A stretch of DNA of 63,608 bases, the filler included, from Chiloscyllium plagiosum (taxonomy: Eukaryota), in assembly GCF_004010195.1 (NCBI RefSeq). It is 5 parts of one record of this genome, joined end to end, with 100 filler letters (N's around TTAATTAATTAA, not from the genome) between each part and the next. Parts side by side here need not be neighbours in the genome. Positions count along the whole stretch, not along the records: positions 42,122 to 56,802 come from NC_057717.1; positions 56,903 to 63,608 come from NC_057717.1; 3 more parts are not named here. One strand, 5' to 3'. Positions within the stretch are counted from its first letter, which is position 1. Each line of letters begins with the position of its first letter. Shown in pieces: positions 50,745 to 63,608 of the stretch. Below the pieces are notes generated by a model. That model was not told the DNA's origin and ran no database searches. It worked only from the letters and a program-made list of their open reading frames with translations. Position numbers and translations under genes: made by a program.

Positions 50745-51470
50745 TTGTTGATGCCTATTTTGTTCCAAAAATCCAGACGTTGCAAGTTTTCTGCACAACA
50801 GCAGTAGCTGTATTATTGGGAAGCCGGCGAGAGTTTCAAAGTGTCTCTAAAGTAGCAGACTGACTACTTGTAGAGACTCTTCTTCATGAATCTCTGCCTT
50901 ACCCACAGAGACAGTATATTTAATAGGAATTAGACAAAGGCATATCAGTAATATGGGCGATTGTAATTACATAGTTTAAAGTAGGTAATTATGACCTTAC
51001 AAAGCTTGATGAATGACGATGTCCTGTGATAATGTGTGAATAGATTGCAGAAACTGATTATCGTATTGTTCATGATTATGTGTTGATGGGAAGAGATTAA
51101 GGCAGAAGCGTTCTTCCTTCAGTAAATGGGGCATTCACTTACCTATGCTCATATGGATGGAAGGTAAGACAATGGGATCGGGAGGCAGTTTAACAGGGCT
51201 TTGCCCAGGGCTCTCAGTCTTGTCTGGAAAGGGCAAATTCCTCTGTCTGAGGTTACGGGGTAATCCACATGTGTGGCTTCAAGAGGTTTGATTTTGAGAT
51301 ACTGTCAGCATCCCCCCTTCTGAGGTGTTCTGTCTGTATTATAAGAGTACAGGTCTTCAGTTGATGAAATAAGGCATTTGGCAGGGGTATGTTTAACCCT
51401 TGAGACCCAATGGTGTCCTGAAAGAGAAGCAAAAAGTGTGGAACTGTCCCCTCTATGGTATTTTAACTTC
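50745..51470 (+). mobile_element. About 730-bp insertion, possible solo LTR
   Basis: Absent from the duplicate block at 53135-53375. Starts TGTTG, contains TTATAAGA and AATAAG, and ends ...TATTTTAAC. Confidence 0.45.
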
Positions 51471-51559
51471 CTCGTTCTGACCAGGAATCTGTTGACCAGA
51501 ATTGAATGCAATGATTGACTGTGACCTAACTACAGCTTTGTCAAGGGTCAGCATCTTTT

Positions 51560-52540
51560 CCGTGATTTTGTTATCATTCCCCCATTAATGAAGCCCCGCA
51601 TCCCATTTGTTATACTCAAAACACTCAAGAAACTTTTCTGACACAACTCCCTTTAAACTTGCACATGTTGGAAATGCTCAGCAGATCATGCAACATCTTT
51701 GAAGAAAAATCATTTAATGTTTCGGGTCTGGTCACCCTTCCTCAGAAACGTTAACTTTAATTTATCTTCATAGAAGCTGCTAGACCTGCTGAACTTTTCC
51801 CGAAAATGTTTTTGTTTCTGGTTTATAGCATCTGCAGTTTTTCAATTTTCATTTCCTTCAAACTTGCCCCACTCCCCTTAAATCTATGGCCTCGAGAATT
51901 TGCATTTTCACCTTGGAAAAAGATTCAGATTATTCACTCTGTATGAGCCTTTCAGATCACCTGCAGCCACTGACTTTCCCAAGACAAAAGTCCAAGTCTT
52001 TCCAACCTCTCCCAATCCAGGCAACATCCTGGTAAACCTGTTTTCACGCTGTCCAAAACCTCCACATCCTTCTTTTTATGTGGTGATCAAAACAGCACAC
52101 AATCCTCCAAAGGTGGCCTAATTACAGTTTTATATTCACTCCCCTGACAGAAGAAGGCAAGTATCCCATCCATCTCTTTCACCACTTTCAGGGAGCTGTG
52201 AACTTGCCTCTGAAGATCCCTGTGTACATCAACGCTGTTCAGAGCCCTTCGGTTTAGTGAATACATTCCTCTTGCAATGAGCCTCCCAAAATACATCACC
52301 TCACACTTGTCTGGATTAAAATCTATCTCCGTATAGGTTTTCCAACTGATCTCTTTCTTGCTGTATCCTTTGACAACATTCTTCACGATTCACAACTCCA
52401 TCAATTTGTACCATCTAGAAACTTGCTAATTAAATCGTTTACATTTCCATGCTAATCATTGATATATGTTACAGACAATAAATGTTCCATTTCTGATCCT
52501 TGTGGAACAACGCTGACCAAGAAGTCCAACCAGCAACATG
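51560..52540 (-). mobile_element. CR1 fragment with palindromic insert (copy 1 of a local duplication)
   Basis: DFNPDKCEVMYFGR...HRDLQRQVHSSLKV; homologous to 53850-54148 plus 56130-56745. Confidence 0.85.
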
Positions 52541-54148
52541 CTGTGGAAGGAACATATTTCATTTAGTCAGTAAGTCGGAAAGCATTTCAGGTATTGGTGT
52601 GGCACTAGATGTTTCAAGATATTCACAATCCTGGTTAAAACACCCTGGAGCAGATTTTCAGTTCTGGCTACCCTACCTGGGGACTCCCCTAGAACCAAGT
52701 TTAAAGCAGTAAACATTATCTCCTGCTGTGGAAGGAGAACCTGTGTTGGTCTGAGCATGAACACAGAGCAGATTTACCTTAATGATACTTAAACCCCTGA
52801 AGACAACTAACCAGAATAAGTTAAGCAAGTACAAAAAAAGTGTGTTATGGCACAGAAAGGGACCCATCAAATCCAAACTGGCTCTCTGTAGCAGAATCCC
52901 TTATTCTCATTCTCCAACTATCCGCAAAACCCTGAAAGTTTATTTCCCTCAGATCTAATACAATTTTATTCGTTAATCATTGATCATCTCCATTTGCACC
53001 ACCATAATAGGCAGCATGTTCTGCATATTTCCAGCCAATACAGTCAGCGGGAACACTTGCTCATCTCCCACTTTCTCAAAACGTTATATCTCATGTTAAA
53101 TTTTGAACCATCAACTATCGAGTGCAATTTATTTTATTGTCTGCTGTATCTAGATATGTTATAATCTTATCCATTTTAATCTATCAAGACATATTCTACT
53201 TGATTTCTTCAAAGAAAATAGCAGTTTTGTTTCCAAATTTATCCAGTGACTACATCTTCTTCATCAGTGCACCACACCAGTAAGTCTGTACTCCATACTC
53301 TGAAGATCACTCAGATCCTTCCTGAGCAGGAATCCGTTGACCTGAATTGGATACAATGATTGACTGTGACCTAATCAGTCAATGAAATTGTTTCCATGAA
53401 CTTGTCCTCATTCCCTTTATTAATAATGTCCAGGATCCCATATGTTTTGATCAAGACACTTTGATTATCTCCTCTCTCCTTTAAAGAATTGTATACATTG
53501 TCCCCCACTTCCCTCTTTGTGTCTGTGACTTCCAAATATATATTTCCTTTCTACATTCCTTCTCTCAAAAAGTATCAACTCACTGTGTGTTCGAAAAAAA
53601 ATTAACTCTTGTTCCAGATGTTCTACCGCCTGGAAAACAGCACCAGAATAATCGGCCCATCATGTCTGTGAAGATCATGATGCCATTCCTAACTAATTCC
53701 ACCTGCCTGGACATGATCCATGTCCCTGCCAACCCCTTGCCGGCTTATGTGCCTGCCCAAATGCCTCTTAAGCATTGTGACTGTTTCTGCTTTTACCACC
53801 TCCCAGGAGAGTACATTCGAGTCATCTACCACCTTTTGCATAAGAAACTTGCCTGATATAACTCCCTTTAAACTTTAACATGTTGTTGGAAATGCTCAGC
53901 AGATCTTGCAGCATCTGTGAAAAAAAAAATCCGTTAATGTTTCTGGTCCTTCCTCAGAAACGTGAACTCTGATTTCTCTTCACAGTTGCTTCCAGATTTG
54001 TTGAGCATTTCCAGAAACTTCTGTTTTTGTTTCTGATTTACAGCATCTGCTGTTCTTTCGATTTTTATTTTCCTAACATTTCCCCCTGTCCTCTGAAATC
54101 TATGTCATCTAGAATTTGTCATTTCGATCTTGGAAAAAGATTCAAATT

Positions 54149-56120
54149 ATAGAACATAGGACATAGAACAATACAGCGCAGAACAGGCCCTTCGACGCTC
54201 AATGTCGCGCCGACCTGTGGAATTTTCTCAACTCGTCCCCCTACACTATCCCAAAATCATCCATGTGCTTATCGACGTCTTGTTTAAAACTCCCTAATGT
54301 GGCTGAGTTGACGACCTTAGCAGGTAGGACATTCCACCCCCTTACCACTCTCTGTGTGTAAAGAATTTACCTCTGATATCTGTCTTAAATCTATCACCCC
54401 TCAATTTGTAGTTGTGCCCTCTCGTACTAGTTGTCGTCATCATCCTCCGCAAAAGACTTTCACTGTCTACCCTATCTAATCCTCTGATCATCTTGTATGT
54501 CTCTATCAAATCCCCCCCTTAGCCGCCTTCTTTCCAATGAGAACAGGTCCAAGTCTCTCAGGTTTTCCTCATAAGACCTTCCCTCCAGACCAAATCACCT
54601 TTTCCAATACTTCCACATCCTTTTTGTAATGGGGCGACCAGACTGTACACAATATTCCAACTGTGGGCGCACCAGCATTTTGTATAGTTGCAGTATGATA
54701 TTGTGGTTCCAGAACTCAATCCCTCTACCAATAAAACCTAACACACCGATGCCGCCTTAACAGCACTATTCACCTGGGTAGCAACGTTCAGAGATCTATG
54801 CACATAGACTCCAAGATCCCTCTGCACATCCACACTACCAAGGATCTTTCCATTGACCCAATACAATACTCTGCCTTCCTGTTATTCTTCCCAAAGTGCA
54901 TCACCTCACATTTAGTTGTATTGAACTCCACTTGCACCTCTCAGCCCATTCTGTAGTTTATCTAAATCCCCCTTCAACCTGTAACATTCTTCCAAACTGT
55001 CTACTACTCCAAAGACTTTAGTGTCGTCTGCAAATTTAATAATCCATCCACCTATGCCTGCGTCTAAGTCATTTATAAAAATGACAAACAGCAGTGGTCC
55101 CAAAACAGATCTTTGCGGAACACCACTAGTAACTGGGCTCCAGACTGAATATTTTCCATCAACCACCACTCGCTGCCTTCTTTCAGAAAGCCAGTTTCTA
55201 ATCCAAACTGCTAAGTCACCCTCAACTCCATGCCTCTGCATTTTCTCCGCCAGCCTCCCATGTGGAACATTATCAAAGGCTTTACTGAAGTCCATGTATA
55301 CCACATCAACTGCCCTACCTCATCTAAATGCTAGAACACCTTCTCATAAAGCTCTGTGAGGTTTGTGAGACATGACCTGCCCTTGACGAAACCATATTGA
55401 CTATCTGAAATCAAATTGTTGCTTGCTAAATGATAAGATTTATTATCTCTTATAATCCTTTCCAAAAGCATTCCTACAACAGAAGTAAGGCTCACTGGTC
55501 TATAATTACCCGGGTCATCTCTGCTGTCCTTCTTGAACAAGGGCACAATATTTGCAATTGTCCAGTCCTCAGGTACTAAACCCGTAGAAAATGATGACTC
55601 AAATATCAAAGCCAATGGCTCTGCTATCTCCTCCCTAGCTTCCCAGAGAATCCTCGGATAAATCCCATTCGGCCTAGTGACTTGCCTACTTTCTCTCCTT
55701 CCAGAATTGATAACAGCTGTGCGTAACTAACCTCAATCCTTTCCAGTCTAATATCTCGTACCTCATTTTTGTCCTCTCCAATATTCTCTTTTTCCTGTGT
55801 AAACACCGATGAGAAATGGACATTTAGGACCTCTTCGATCTCTGCAGAGTCCACACTCAACTTCCCACTTCTGTCTTTGATTAGCTGTATTCCTACCCTA
55901 ATCATCCTTTTATTCTTCACATACCTATAGAAAATTTTTAGGATTCTCCTTTATTCTATTTGCTCAAGACTGCTCATGTCCTCTCTTTGCTCTTCTTAAC
56001 TCTCTCTTTAAATCCTTCCAAGCTCATCTGTACTCTCCATTGCCTCGTCTGTACATTTTGCCTCATCAACACAGAAGCCTCTTTCTTCTTCTTGATAAGA
56101 GATGCAATTTCTGTAGTAAA
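54149..56120 (-). mobile_element. Younger, about 2-kb CR1 LINE (RT domain to 3' tail)
   Basis: VPEDWTIANIVPLFKK...NYRPVSLTSVVG; VYMDFSKAFDNVPHGRL...GVPQRSVLGPLLFVIFINDLD...KFADDTK. Tail seen as ATAGAACATAGGACATAGAACA. Confidence 0.95.
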
Positions 56121-56129
56121 CCAAAGCTT

Positions 56130-56745
56130 ACAAACTTTGTCTGTGCCCGTTGGGTCACTCCACAGCCATTGAATTTCCAAAGACAACAATCCAAGATTTT
56201 CCAACTTCTCCCAATCCAGGCAATATCCTGGTAAACCTGTTTCCACCTTCCCAAAAGCCTTCACATCCTACCTATAAAGTGGTGATCAAAACGGCACACA
56301 ATACCCCAAAGGGGATTTAATTCCCGTTTTATATTCACTCCCCTGACAGAAGAAGGCAAGCCTGCCATCCACCTCCTTCACCACTTTCAGGGAGCTGTAA
56401 ACTTGCACCTGAAGATCCTTCTGTATATCAGTGCTGCTCAGGGCACTTCCGTTTAGTGTATACATTCCTCTTTTTACGTGTCTTCCAAAACACATCACCT
56501 CACACTTGTCTGCACTAAAATATATCGGCAATTTCTCCACAAAACCTTCCGACTCATCTCTATCTTGCTGTATCCTTTGACATCATTCTTCATGATTCAC
56601 AACTTCAACAGTTTGTGCCATCTACAAACTTGCTAATTAAATCGTTTACATTTTCAAACTTTTCATTTATATACATTACAAACAACTGATGTCCCCGTTC
56701 TGATCCTTGTGGAACAGCACTAGCCATAGACCTCCAGCCAGCGAC
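56130..56745 (-). mobile_element. Continuation of the older CR1 (copy 2)
   Basis: FSADKCEVMCFGR...QKDLQVQVYSSLKV; near-copy of 51950-52540. Confidence 0.85.
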
Positions 56746-56802
56746 ATGCCCCTGCACAACTGTTGCTGGGAGAAATATCAAAGAGGAGCCTTGAGTTCTG
56801 TG

Positions 56803-56902
56803 NNNNNNNNNNNNNNNNNNNNNNNNNNNNNNNNNNNNNNNNNNNNTTAATTAATTAANNNNNNNNNNNNNNNNNNNNNNNNNNNNNNNNNNNNNNNNNN
56901 NN
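56803..56902. other. Artificial scaffold-joining spacer
   Basis: 44 N + TTAATTAATTAA + 44 N. Confidence 0.95.
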
Positions 56903-57697
56903 GACTGGGAAAATGTTTGGAGACGGAGTAATAAAAGAGAAACTGAGTACAAGGTTGAGAGTCAGTAGATATTCAATATAAGGGAAGGGTGTGGTAAGGT
57001 AGACGGAGATGGACATGGAGAAAAAAATGTCCCTGGTCTTGAAGACTTAACTCGGTTTTCCATTCCAAGATTCTACCAGACCTGCTGAGATTTTCCCGCA
57101 ATTTCTTTTGTTGTACTGAAACAGAAGGGAGAAGTGTGATCCTGGACCAATCAGCTATGTCTGTTCTGTGGACGCTTGAATTCCCTGCTCGACACACTTC
57201 TGACACACACGGAAACCTCACTATCCTGCCTCACCCCCACCCCTGTTACTGACAATAAGCTGTTCATTGCGTAAACCCATATGGGTACACAACATCATCA
57301 TTTACCGAGTGAATTGGGAAAATTTCAGGGAGAGTTCCACTCGGTTTCCATTGGAGCATTCTCAATCAGCTAATTCTATTTTAGCACCATTTGACATGCA
57401 GCTGTCACTATCAGTCCCCGCAGCAAGTGCCCATTTGCATTCGACGTCTGTGGACACTTTGGTTGGGGCACGGTTGGAATGGAACCTCATGTTTTGGAAG
57501 GGACATCGTTTATAGCATATTCGGCTGAACTGATAACCTTGTCTCTTGCACCTGCAGTACAGTGGAGACAGTTTTCACTCAGAAACCAAGAGATTATCAA
57601 AAACGGTGGAAAAAATGTGTCAACAAAACCTGCCTCAGCGAGCGAATTCTCACTTGCAACATTAATGGAGAGGGGAAAACCTATTAACAAACAACAG

Positions 57698-57770
57698 CGC
57701 CCAGCGTGGGTATCGACCCCACACCATTGAGATGAAAGGTCTCAAGCTCTACCGACTGAGTGAGCCAGGA
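57698..57770 (-). pseudogene. Degenerate tRNA-Lys (Lys-CTT-type body, anticodon reads TTT)
   Basis: The 73-nt reverse complement TCCTGGCTCACTCAGTCGGTAGAGCTTGAGACCTTTCATCTCAATGGTGTGGGGTCGATACCCACGCTGGGCG aligns with tRNA-Lys. The A box, T loop and acceptor stem are mutated. Confidence 0.8.
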
Positions 57771-60700
57771 CAGGATTGAAGTTGGTTAGTTTATCATTTC
57801 ACACTGAGTTTAATTCAGCTGACACGGCAATTTTCAAAAATCTAGTTCATTCCTCCCCATTGCAAATAACATTATCCAAGTCTTTCAAATCTCAGATTTA
57901 TTCCTTCAGACCATTACAACCCATTCAGGCCTTGCCCCGGGATTTACGATTCTCTGTTAATATTTTCATACTTCGACCATGATCCTTAGGTCGCCGAAGT
58001 GATTCCCAGACAATCTGGCAGACTGCAAATCAATCGGGAAAATACCTCAGGAAACCAAATCATTTCTGATNNNNNNNNNNNNNNNNNNNNNNNNNNNNNN
58101 NNNNNNNNNNNNNNNNNNNNNNNNNNNNNNNNNNNNNNNNNNNNNNNNNNNNNNNNNNNNNNNNNNNNNNNNNNNNNNNNNNNNNNNNNNNNNNNNNNNN
58201 NNNNNNNNNNNNNNNNNNNNNNNNNNNNNNNNNNNNNNNNNNNNNNNNNNNNNNNNNNNNNNNNNNNNNNNNNNNNNNNNNNNNNNNNNNNNNNNNNNNN
58301 NNNNNNNNNNNNNNNNNNNNNNNNNNNNNNNNNNNNNNNNNNNNNNNNNNNNNNNNNNNNNNNNNNNNNNNNNNNNNNNNNNNNNNNNNNNNNNNNNNNN
58401 NNNNNNNNNNNNNNNNNNNNNNNNNNNNNNNNNNNNNNNNNNNNNNNNNNNNNNNNNNNNNNNNNNNNNNNNNNNNNNNNNNNNNNNNNNNNNNNNNNNN
58501 NNNNNNNNNNNNNNNNNNNNNNNNNNNNNNNNNNNNNNNNNNNNNNNNNNNNNNNNNNNNNNNNNNNNNNNNNNNNNNNNNNNNNNNNNNNNNNNNNNNN
58601 NNNNNNNNNNNNNNNNNNNNNNNNNNNNNNNNNNNNNNNNNNNNNNNNNNNNNNNNNNNNNNNNNNNNNNNNNNNNNNNNNNNNNNNNNNNNNNNNNNNN
58701 NNNNNNNNNNNNNNNNNNNNNNNNNNNNNNNNNNNNNNNNNNNNNNNNNNNNNNNNNNNNNNNNNNNNNNNNNNNNNNNNNNNNNNNNNNNNNNNNNNNN
58801 NNNNNNNNNNNNNNNNNNNNNNNNNNNNNNNNNNNNNNNNNNNNNNNNNNNNNNNNNNNNNNNNNNNNNNNNNNNNNNNNNNNNNNNNNNNNNNNNNNNN
58901 NNNNNNNNNNNNNNNNNNNNNNNNNNNNNNNNNNNNNNNNNNNNNNNNNNNNNNNNNNNNNNNNNNNNNNNNNNNNNNNNNNNNNNNNNNNNNNNNNNNN
59001 NNNNNNNNNNNNNNNNNNNNNNNNNNNNNNNNNNNNNNNNNNNNNNNNNNNNNTTGCCACATTTAGTGGCAGAGATTGGTGCACTCACAACACTTCAAAG
59101 GCATCTAAATGGGTATATAGACAGGAAGTGTTCGGAGAGATAAGGGACAAATATTGGCAAATATGTTTAGATTAGTTACGGTCATCTGTTCAGTAGGTGC
59201 AAGTTGGATAGGAAGGTTTGCTTCTGTGCTCGGCAATTCTGTGACACTCCAGTACCTGACAACACTTTGAATAGACCACTTGCAAAAACGCATGCTGTTT
59301 GTTACTAAGTCAGCGTGTTTGACTTTTATTTTTTCTTGAGGCGTAATGTTTTGAGATGATACAGAGAGGAATGTTTTCCAGACATTTACAGACAATGACC
59401 ATTCTCCTTGATACATTCCCAAGTTCTCCATCAAATGATTTCGTTGACAAAAAAAAACCTCACAAATCGTGTTAGACCCTTAACCCTCCAGTGAATCCAA
59501 AACTGACAGCTCTTAACGTGGACCAGATGCAAAACTCAAAAGGCAGAGTCATTATCAGACACACAAACTCATTACTTCTGTCTGTGAGGTAGTGTGAGAC
59601 GTGTATGTCAAGAACTGCTCACACAAATAGCACCGAAGCAATTCTAAACGGAGCTTCCCGACATTCTGGAGATTTAGTGCATTTTCAAGTAACAGAAAGT
59701 GCTCAAGTAACATAACACAAAACAGAAAAATGTACTATGCAAAGTGAATATTACCAATTATATTCTCGACTAAATTAGGTCAACAATGCGTTGGTGCCTC
59801 CATCTGATCGAGCAAGCCAATCTCTAGCCTCCCTCACCAGGACAGTAATGAAGGAAATGAGAGACATATAACAAAGTTTCACGTTGCGATTGCCCACCTT
59901 TTAGGCACAACAACAAAAAACGAGCGAGCAGATTCAGTGCAGGATCTGGCTTCACAACAGCGATGAAATAACGACGTCCACTCACTTTCAGGGAAAACTG
60001 CGAACAACTCACCTGCTGCCCAGTCATTCACACGAAAATGTACCTTTCAAAGAGAGCGTGTGCAGCTGTCGAATGACAGTGGCAGCTGTAGGAGCTGGTA
60101 TCCTCATCTTACATGCGGTAGTTGAGCGTGCAATTCTCTGTTGTGGAAAAGTGGCTTGTTTTGGAGCAGAAGGATGTGAAGCTCGGATGCTTCTAGAGTT
60201 CTTGTTGAAAGATTCGGTGACGCCAGGAAGATGGTTTGCAGACTTTTCCTCACCTGTCTGGGTGACATTCTCAGCGCTGCAGAGGTTCCTATGAAACGCA
60301 GCTCTCATGTTTTGGTACGAATTCATTTGGTTTCATTCCCGCTGCTTCCGCTTGTTGCGATTGCAGATTGGGTCCTTGCCGTCTGTACGTATTGCTACTA
60401 GGGACTGCTGGACTGACGCCCACACAAATTCTTTGCCAAGAACCAATATCCNNNNNNNNNNNNNNNNNNNNNNNNNNNNNNNNNNNNNNNNNNNNNNNNN
60501 NNNNNNNNNNNNNNNNNNNNNNNNNNNNNNNNNNNNNNNNNNNNNNNNNNNNNNNNNNNNNNNNNNNNNNNNNNNNNNNNNNNNNNNNNNNNNNNNNNNN
60601 NNNNNNNNNNNNNNNNNNNNNNNNNNNNNNNNNNNNNNNNNNNNNNNNNNNNNNNNNNNNNNNNNNNNNNNNNNNNNNNNNNNNNNNNNNNNNNNNNNNN

Positions 60701-61149
60701 NNNNNNNNNNNNNNNNNNNNNNNNNNNNNNNNNNNNNNNNNNNNNNNNNNNNNNNNNNNNNNNNNNNNNNNNNNNNNNNNNNNNNNNNNNNNNNNNNNNN
60801 NNNNNNNNNNNNNNNNNNNNNNNNNNNNNNNNNNNNNNNNNNNNNNNNNNNNNNNNNNNNNNNNNNNNNNNNNNNNNNNNNNNNNNNNNNNNNNNNNNNN
60901 NNNNNNNNNNNNNNNNNNNNNNNNNNNNNNNNNNNNNNNNNNNNNNNNNNNATTTTAAGCATTGAAATATGGTTGAATTGATTTAATTAAATTTCACTTC
61001 AATGCTCACATTCATTGTATTTCTACTCACAATAAGAGCGAACTATTTCATGTGACAAAATTATTTAAAATTCATGTCACTTTTTTATGGACACAAAATA
61101 GGATTAACACCCGTTTGTTCTTTCCTTTACCAATCACAGTTTGAATTGT

Positions 61150-61420
61150 AGAATGCTAGACTGATACAGCCCGGAAACAGGCCATTCAGCCGAACTTGGC
61201 ATTCCGGCCAGGTTTCCTAAACTAAACTAGTCCCATTTCCCTGTGTTTGTCCCATACCCCTTTGGACGTTTTCTATCCAATAAACTATCCAACAGTCTTT
61301 TAGATGTTGTAATTGTACCAGGCACTGCCCTTCCTCTCACAGCACATCCCAATATGTGAAACAGACTGTGTAGAAAAGTTCCCTTCTGAACCCTTTTAAA
61401 TATTTCCCCCTCACCTTAAA
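61150..61420 (-). mobile_element. CR1 3' end
   Basis: Antisense CR1 3' region, similar to the reverse complement of 17560-17840. Confidence 0.7.
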
Positions 61421-63114
61421 TATTATTTACACCGTAGAATCATTAAGACTGCAAAGTTATTAAAAGTTGAGAGCTATTTAGAAGCAGCGTAATAACATTC
61501 ATACTTTATTAAGTGATGTGAAGCAGATAAATTCAAGATGTTGTGATCATTATAATGAACAACAGTTACAAGGTGGGACAATGTTGGTTGAAAAGCAATT
61601 CAAAAGACACTTAGATATTTTCTAATCAACTCTGAGGTGTTTTGGCACATCTCTGATGAAGGTGGGAATTGAACCCATGGCTACTGGTCGACTAGTATAG
61701 ACATTACCTCCATAATATTCCCATGCAGGAATGGCAGGACTATAATCGCATACTTAATGTGTTTATTCACAGGGAAAACTGCTCAGAAATTTATTGCGAT
61801 AATTTATTGTTATAATTGCACGAGGATTGTATTAGACATTTCCAGTGTGTAATGGACTGATAAAAAGAATTAGTAATTTCTAATAATGATGGAACGAAGC
61901 AACAATGATCTTAAACAAAAATAAATCTCATGATAATCAAGTAAGTCAACATGTTTGAAGCAGTTATTCGTCTGCATAAATTAAAATTAACCTGCTTTGT
62001 AATGCACATGAGTTGGAACGAAAGCATTAGTCATTCAATGCGACTACTCAGCGAAAGACAACTTCTCTCATTTTCAAAAATTTGTGATTTCTAAGAATTA
62101 AAGATTTATTGTAAAAGCATAGAACAAACATTTGTTAATTCTGGTTTATTTACACAAGAAACACGTGAAATTTAAATAACGTTTCACATGAAAATACTTA
62201 TCTCCTATTGTAATAATCAGAAATATAGAAATGTTAGAATTGAAGTGAAATACAATCAATATAAGAATGTAAACAAAACTGTGGATACTGGAAATCACAA
62301 ACAAAATCAGTAATGGCTGGAAAACAACTTAGCAGGTCTGGCAGCATCTGTGGAGAGAAACCGGTCCTCAGAATGTATTTTTGCTCACAACCAATTCAAT
62401 CCAGCTAAGCTTTCACACTGAAAATTATTTTTGCTAAAATTAAGAGATTGTAGAGTGCAATATTGATGTAATGAGACATAGTTCCACATCTACAGCTGGA
62501 GATATTGGATTTCAACAATGATTACCGGTTAGATTTTGTCAATAATTAGTTTTAAAATGGCTGATAACAAATTTAAGAATGATAAGAAAATTCTTATTGC
62601 AATGTAATTGTGCAATATGTTGGAAGAAACTGAAATATTTATGTGAAAAATAGTTAGCCATCTCTTAATTGATAAGACTGATTAATGATCCTTCCATTAT
62701 TTCGAGAATTCAAATGAAAGAGAATGAGATAGTTAGAATGAGTGTTGGGTGAGAAAACTTTGGTTGATTGCAGGTGTGTTGACCTGAAAAGAATGTTAGT
62801 ATTTCATTATGATCCCGACTCTCATAAATAATGGATTGAACTAAAATGTAAATCTCATGATGGTGTGTGAATTGAAATGACAATTAAATAATAATTAATG
62901 TTAAAACTCAACACTTCACATGATTCAACATTTTCAAAGCAGTTTGTACTGGGTATTTATTAAGATCAGTAAACTGAAAATTATAATATTGGGTTAATTT
63001 AAAAACAAAAATCACACCTTACAAGATGATTCATCAGAATCGTTCTGTCATTGAAAAAAACTCATTTCTTCAAGAATTCTGCATTTCCCCCATTTTCTGA
63101 CTTTTTTTCCACAG

Positions 63115-63490
63115 GGATCTGCACTGGAACTCTTCTGTTTGCGATACAAATATATAGACGTGACATGGATTAAAATCTAATTGGGTGAGATAATAAGTTT
63201 GCAGATGATATAGCGTTCATTGCAGTTGGGGACAATGTAGAGGGTTGTCAAATAATGCAGCAGGAAAAAAAGATAAATTGCAGATATGGGCAGAGAAATT
63301 AAAGGTGACGTTTAATCCATGCAAGTGTGAGGTGTCTCACTTTGGAAGCTCAAATGTTAAGGAAAAGTAGATAGTTAATGGCAGGACCCTGAACAGCATT
63401 ATTGTTCAAAGGGACCTTGGTGATCAAGACCGTGGCGCGCTGAAAGTGACCATGCAAGTAATTATATGATAAGGAAGGCAAATGGCATTC
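63115..63490 (+). mobile_element. CR1 RT fragment
   Basis: PQGSALELFCL...ISKFADD-like (AAGTTTGCAGATGAT)...FNPCKCEVSHFG. Confidence 0.8.
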
Positions 63491-63492
63491 TT

Positions 63493-63608
63493 GAGGAGAA
63501 AGTGAAGACTGCAGATGCTGGCAATGAGAGCTGAAAATGTGTTGCTGGAAAAGCGCAGCAGGTCAGGCAGCATCCAGGGAACAGGAGAATCGACATTTCG
63601 GGCATAAG
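63493..63608 (-). mobile_element. Penelope terminal repeat, cut by the window end
   Basis: GAGGAGAAAGTGAAGACTGCAGATGCTGG...GAGAATCGACATTTCGGGCATAAG. Confidence 0.8.

Noticed and set aside
57971..58011. GATCCTTAGGTCGC match to the tRNA-Tyr 3' half
   Set aside because: Too short, with no D arm, anticodon arm or B box.

Overview
This is eukaryotic, repeat-saturated DNA, very probably from a shark or other elasmobranch. That inference rests on HE1-type V-SINEs, abundant CR1/HER1-like LINEs, L2, Penelope-like elements and a Gypsy LTR element. The window is not one contiguous locus: four identical 100-bp spacers (44 N + TTAATTAATTAA + 44 N) join five pieces (1-16288, 16389-25340, 25441-42021, 42122-56802, 56903-63608). 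I found no intact protein-coding gene and no CRISPR array; the long ORFs are N-runs or transposon fragments. The non-TE content includes a field of decayed tRNA genes (His x2 in an inverted duplication, one with a CTG anticodon; iMet, Asp, Ser, intron-containing Arg-TCT, Lys). It also includes C2H2 zinc-finger relics, among them an 84-bp finger array in which six consecutive fingers share the same stop, and a GATC-rich 110-bp satellite built from five 22-bp subunits. The most notable signals are minimal hammerhead-ribozyme cores in the Penelope-derived terminal repeats and a Gypsy element whose pol ends at RNase H (Gmr1-like order). I see no convincing wholly new system. All calls were made by eye, and TE boundaries are approximate.
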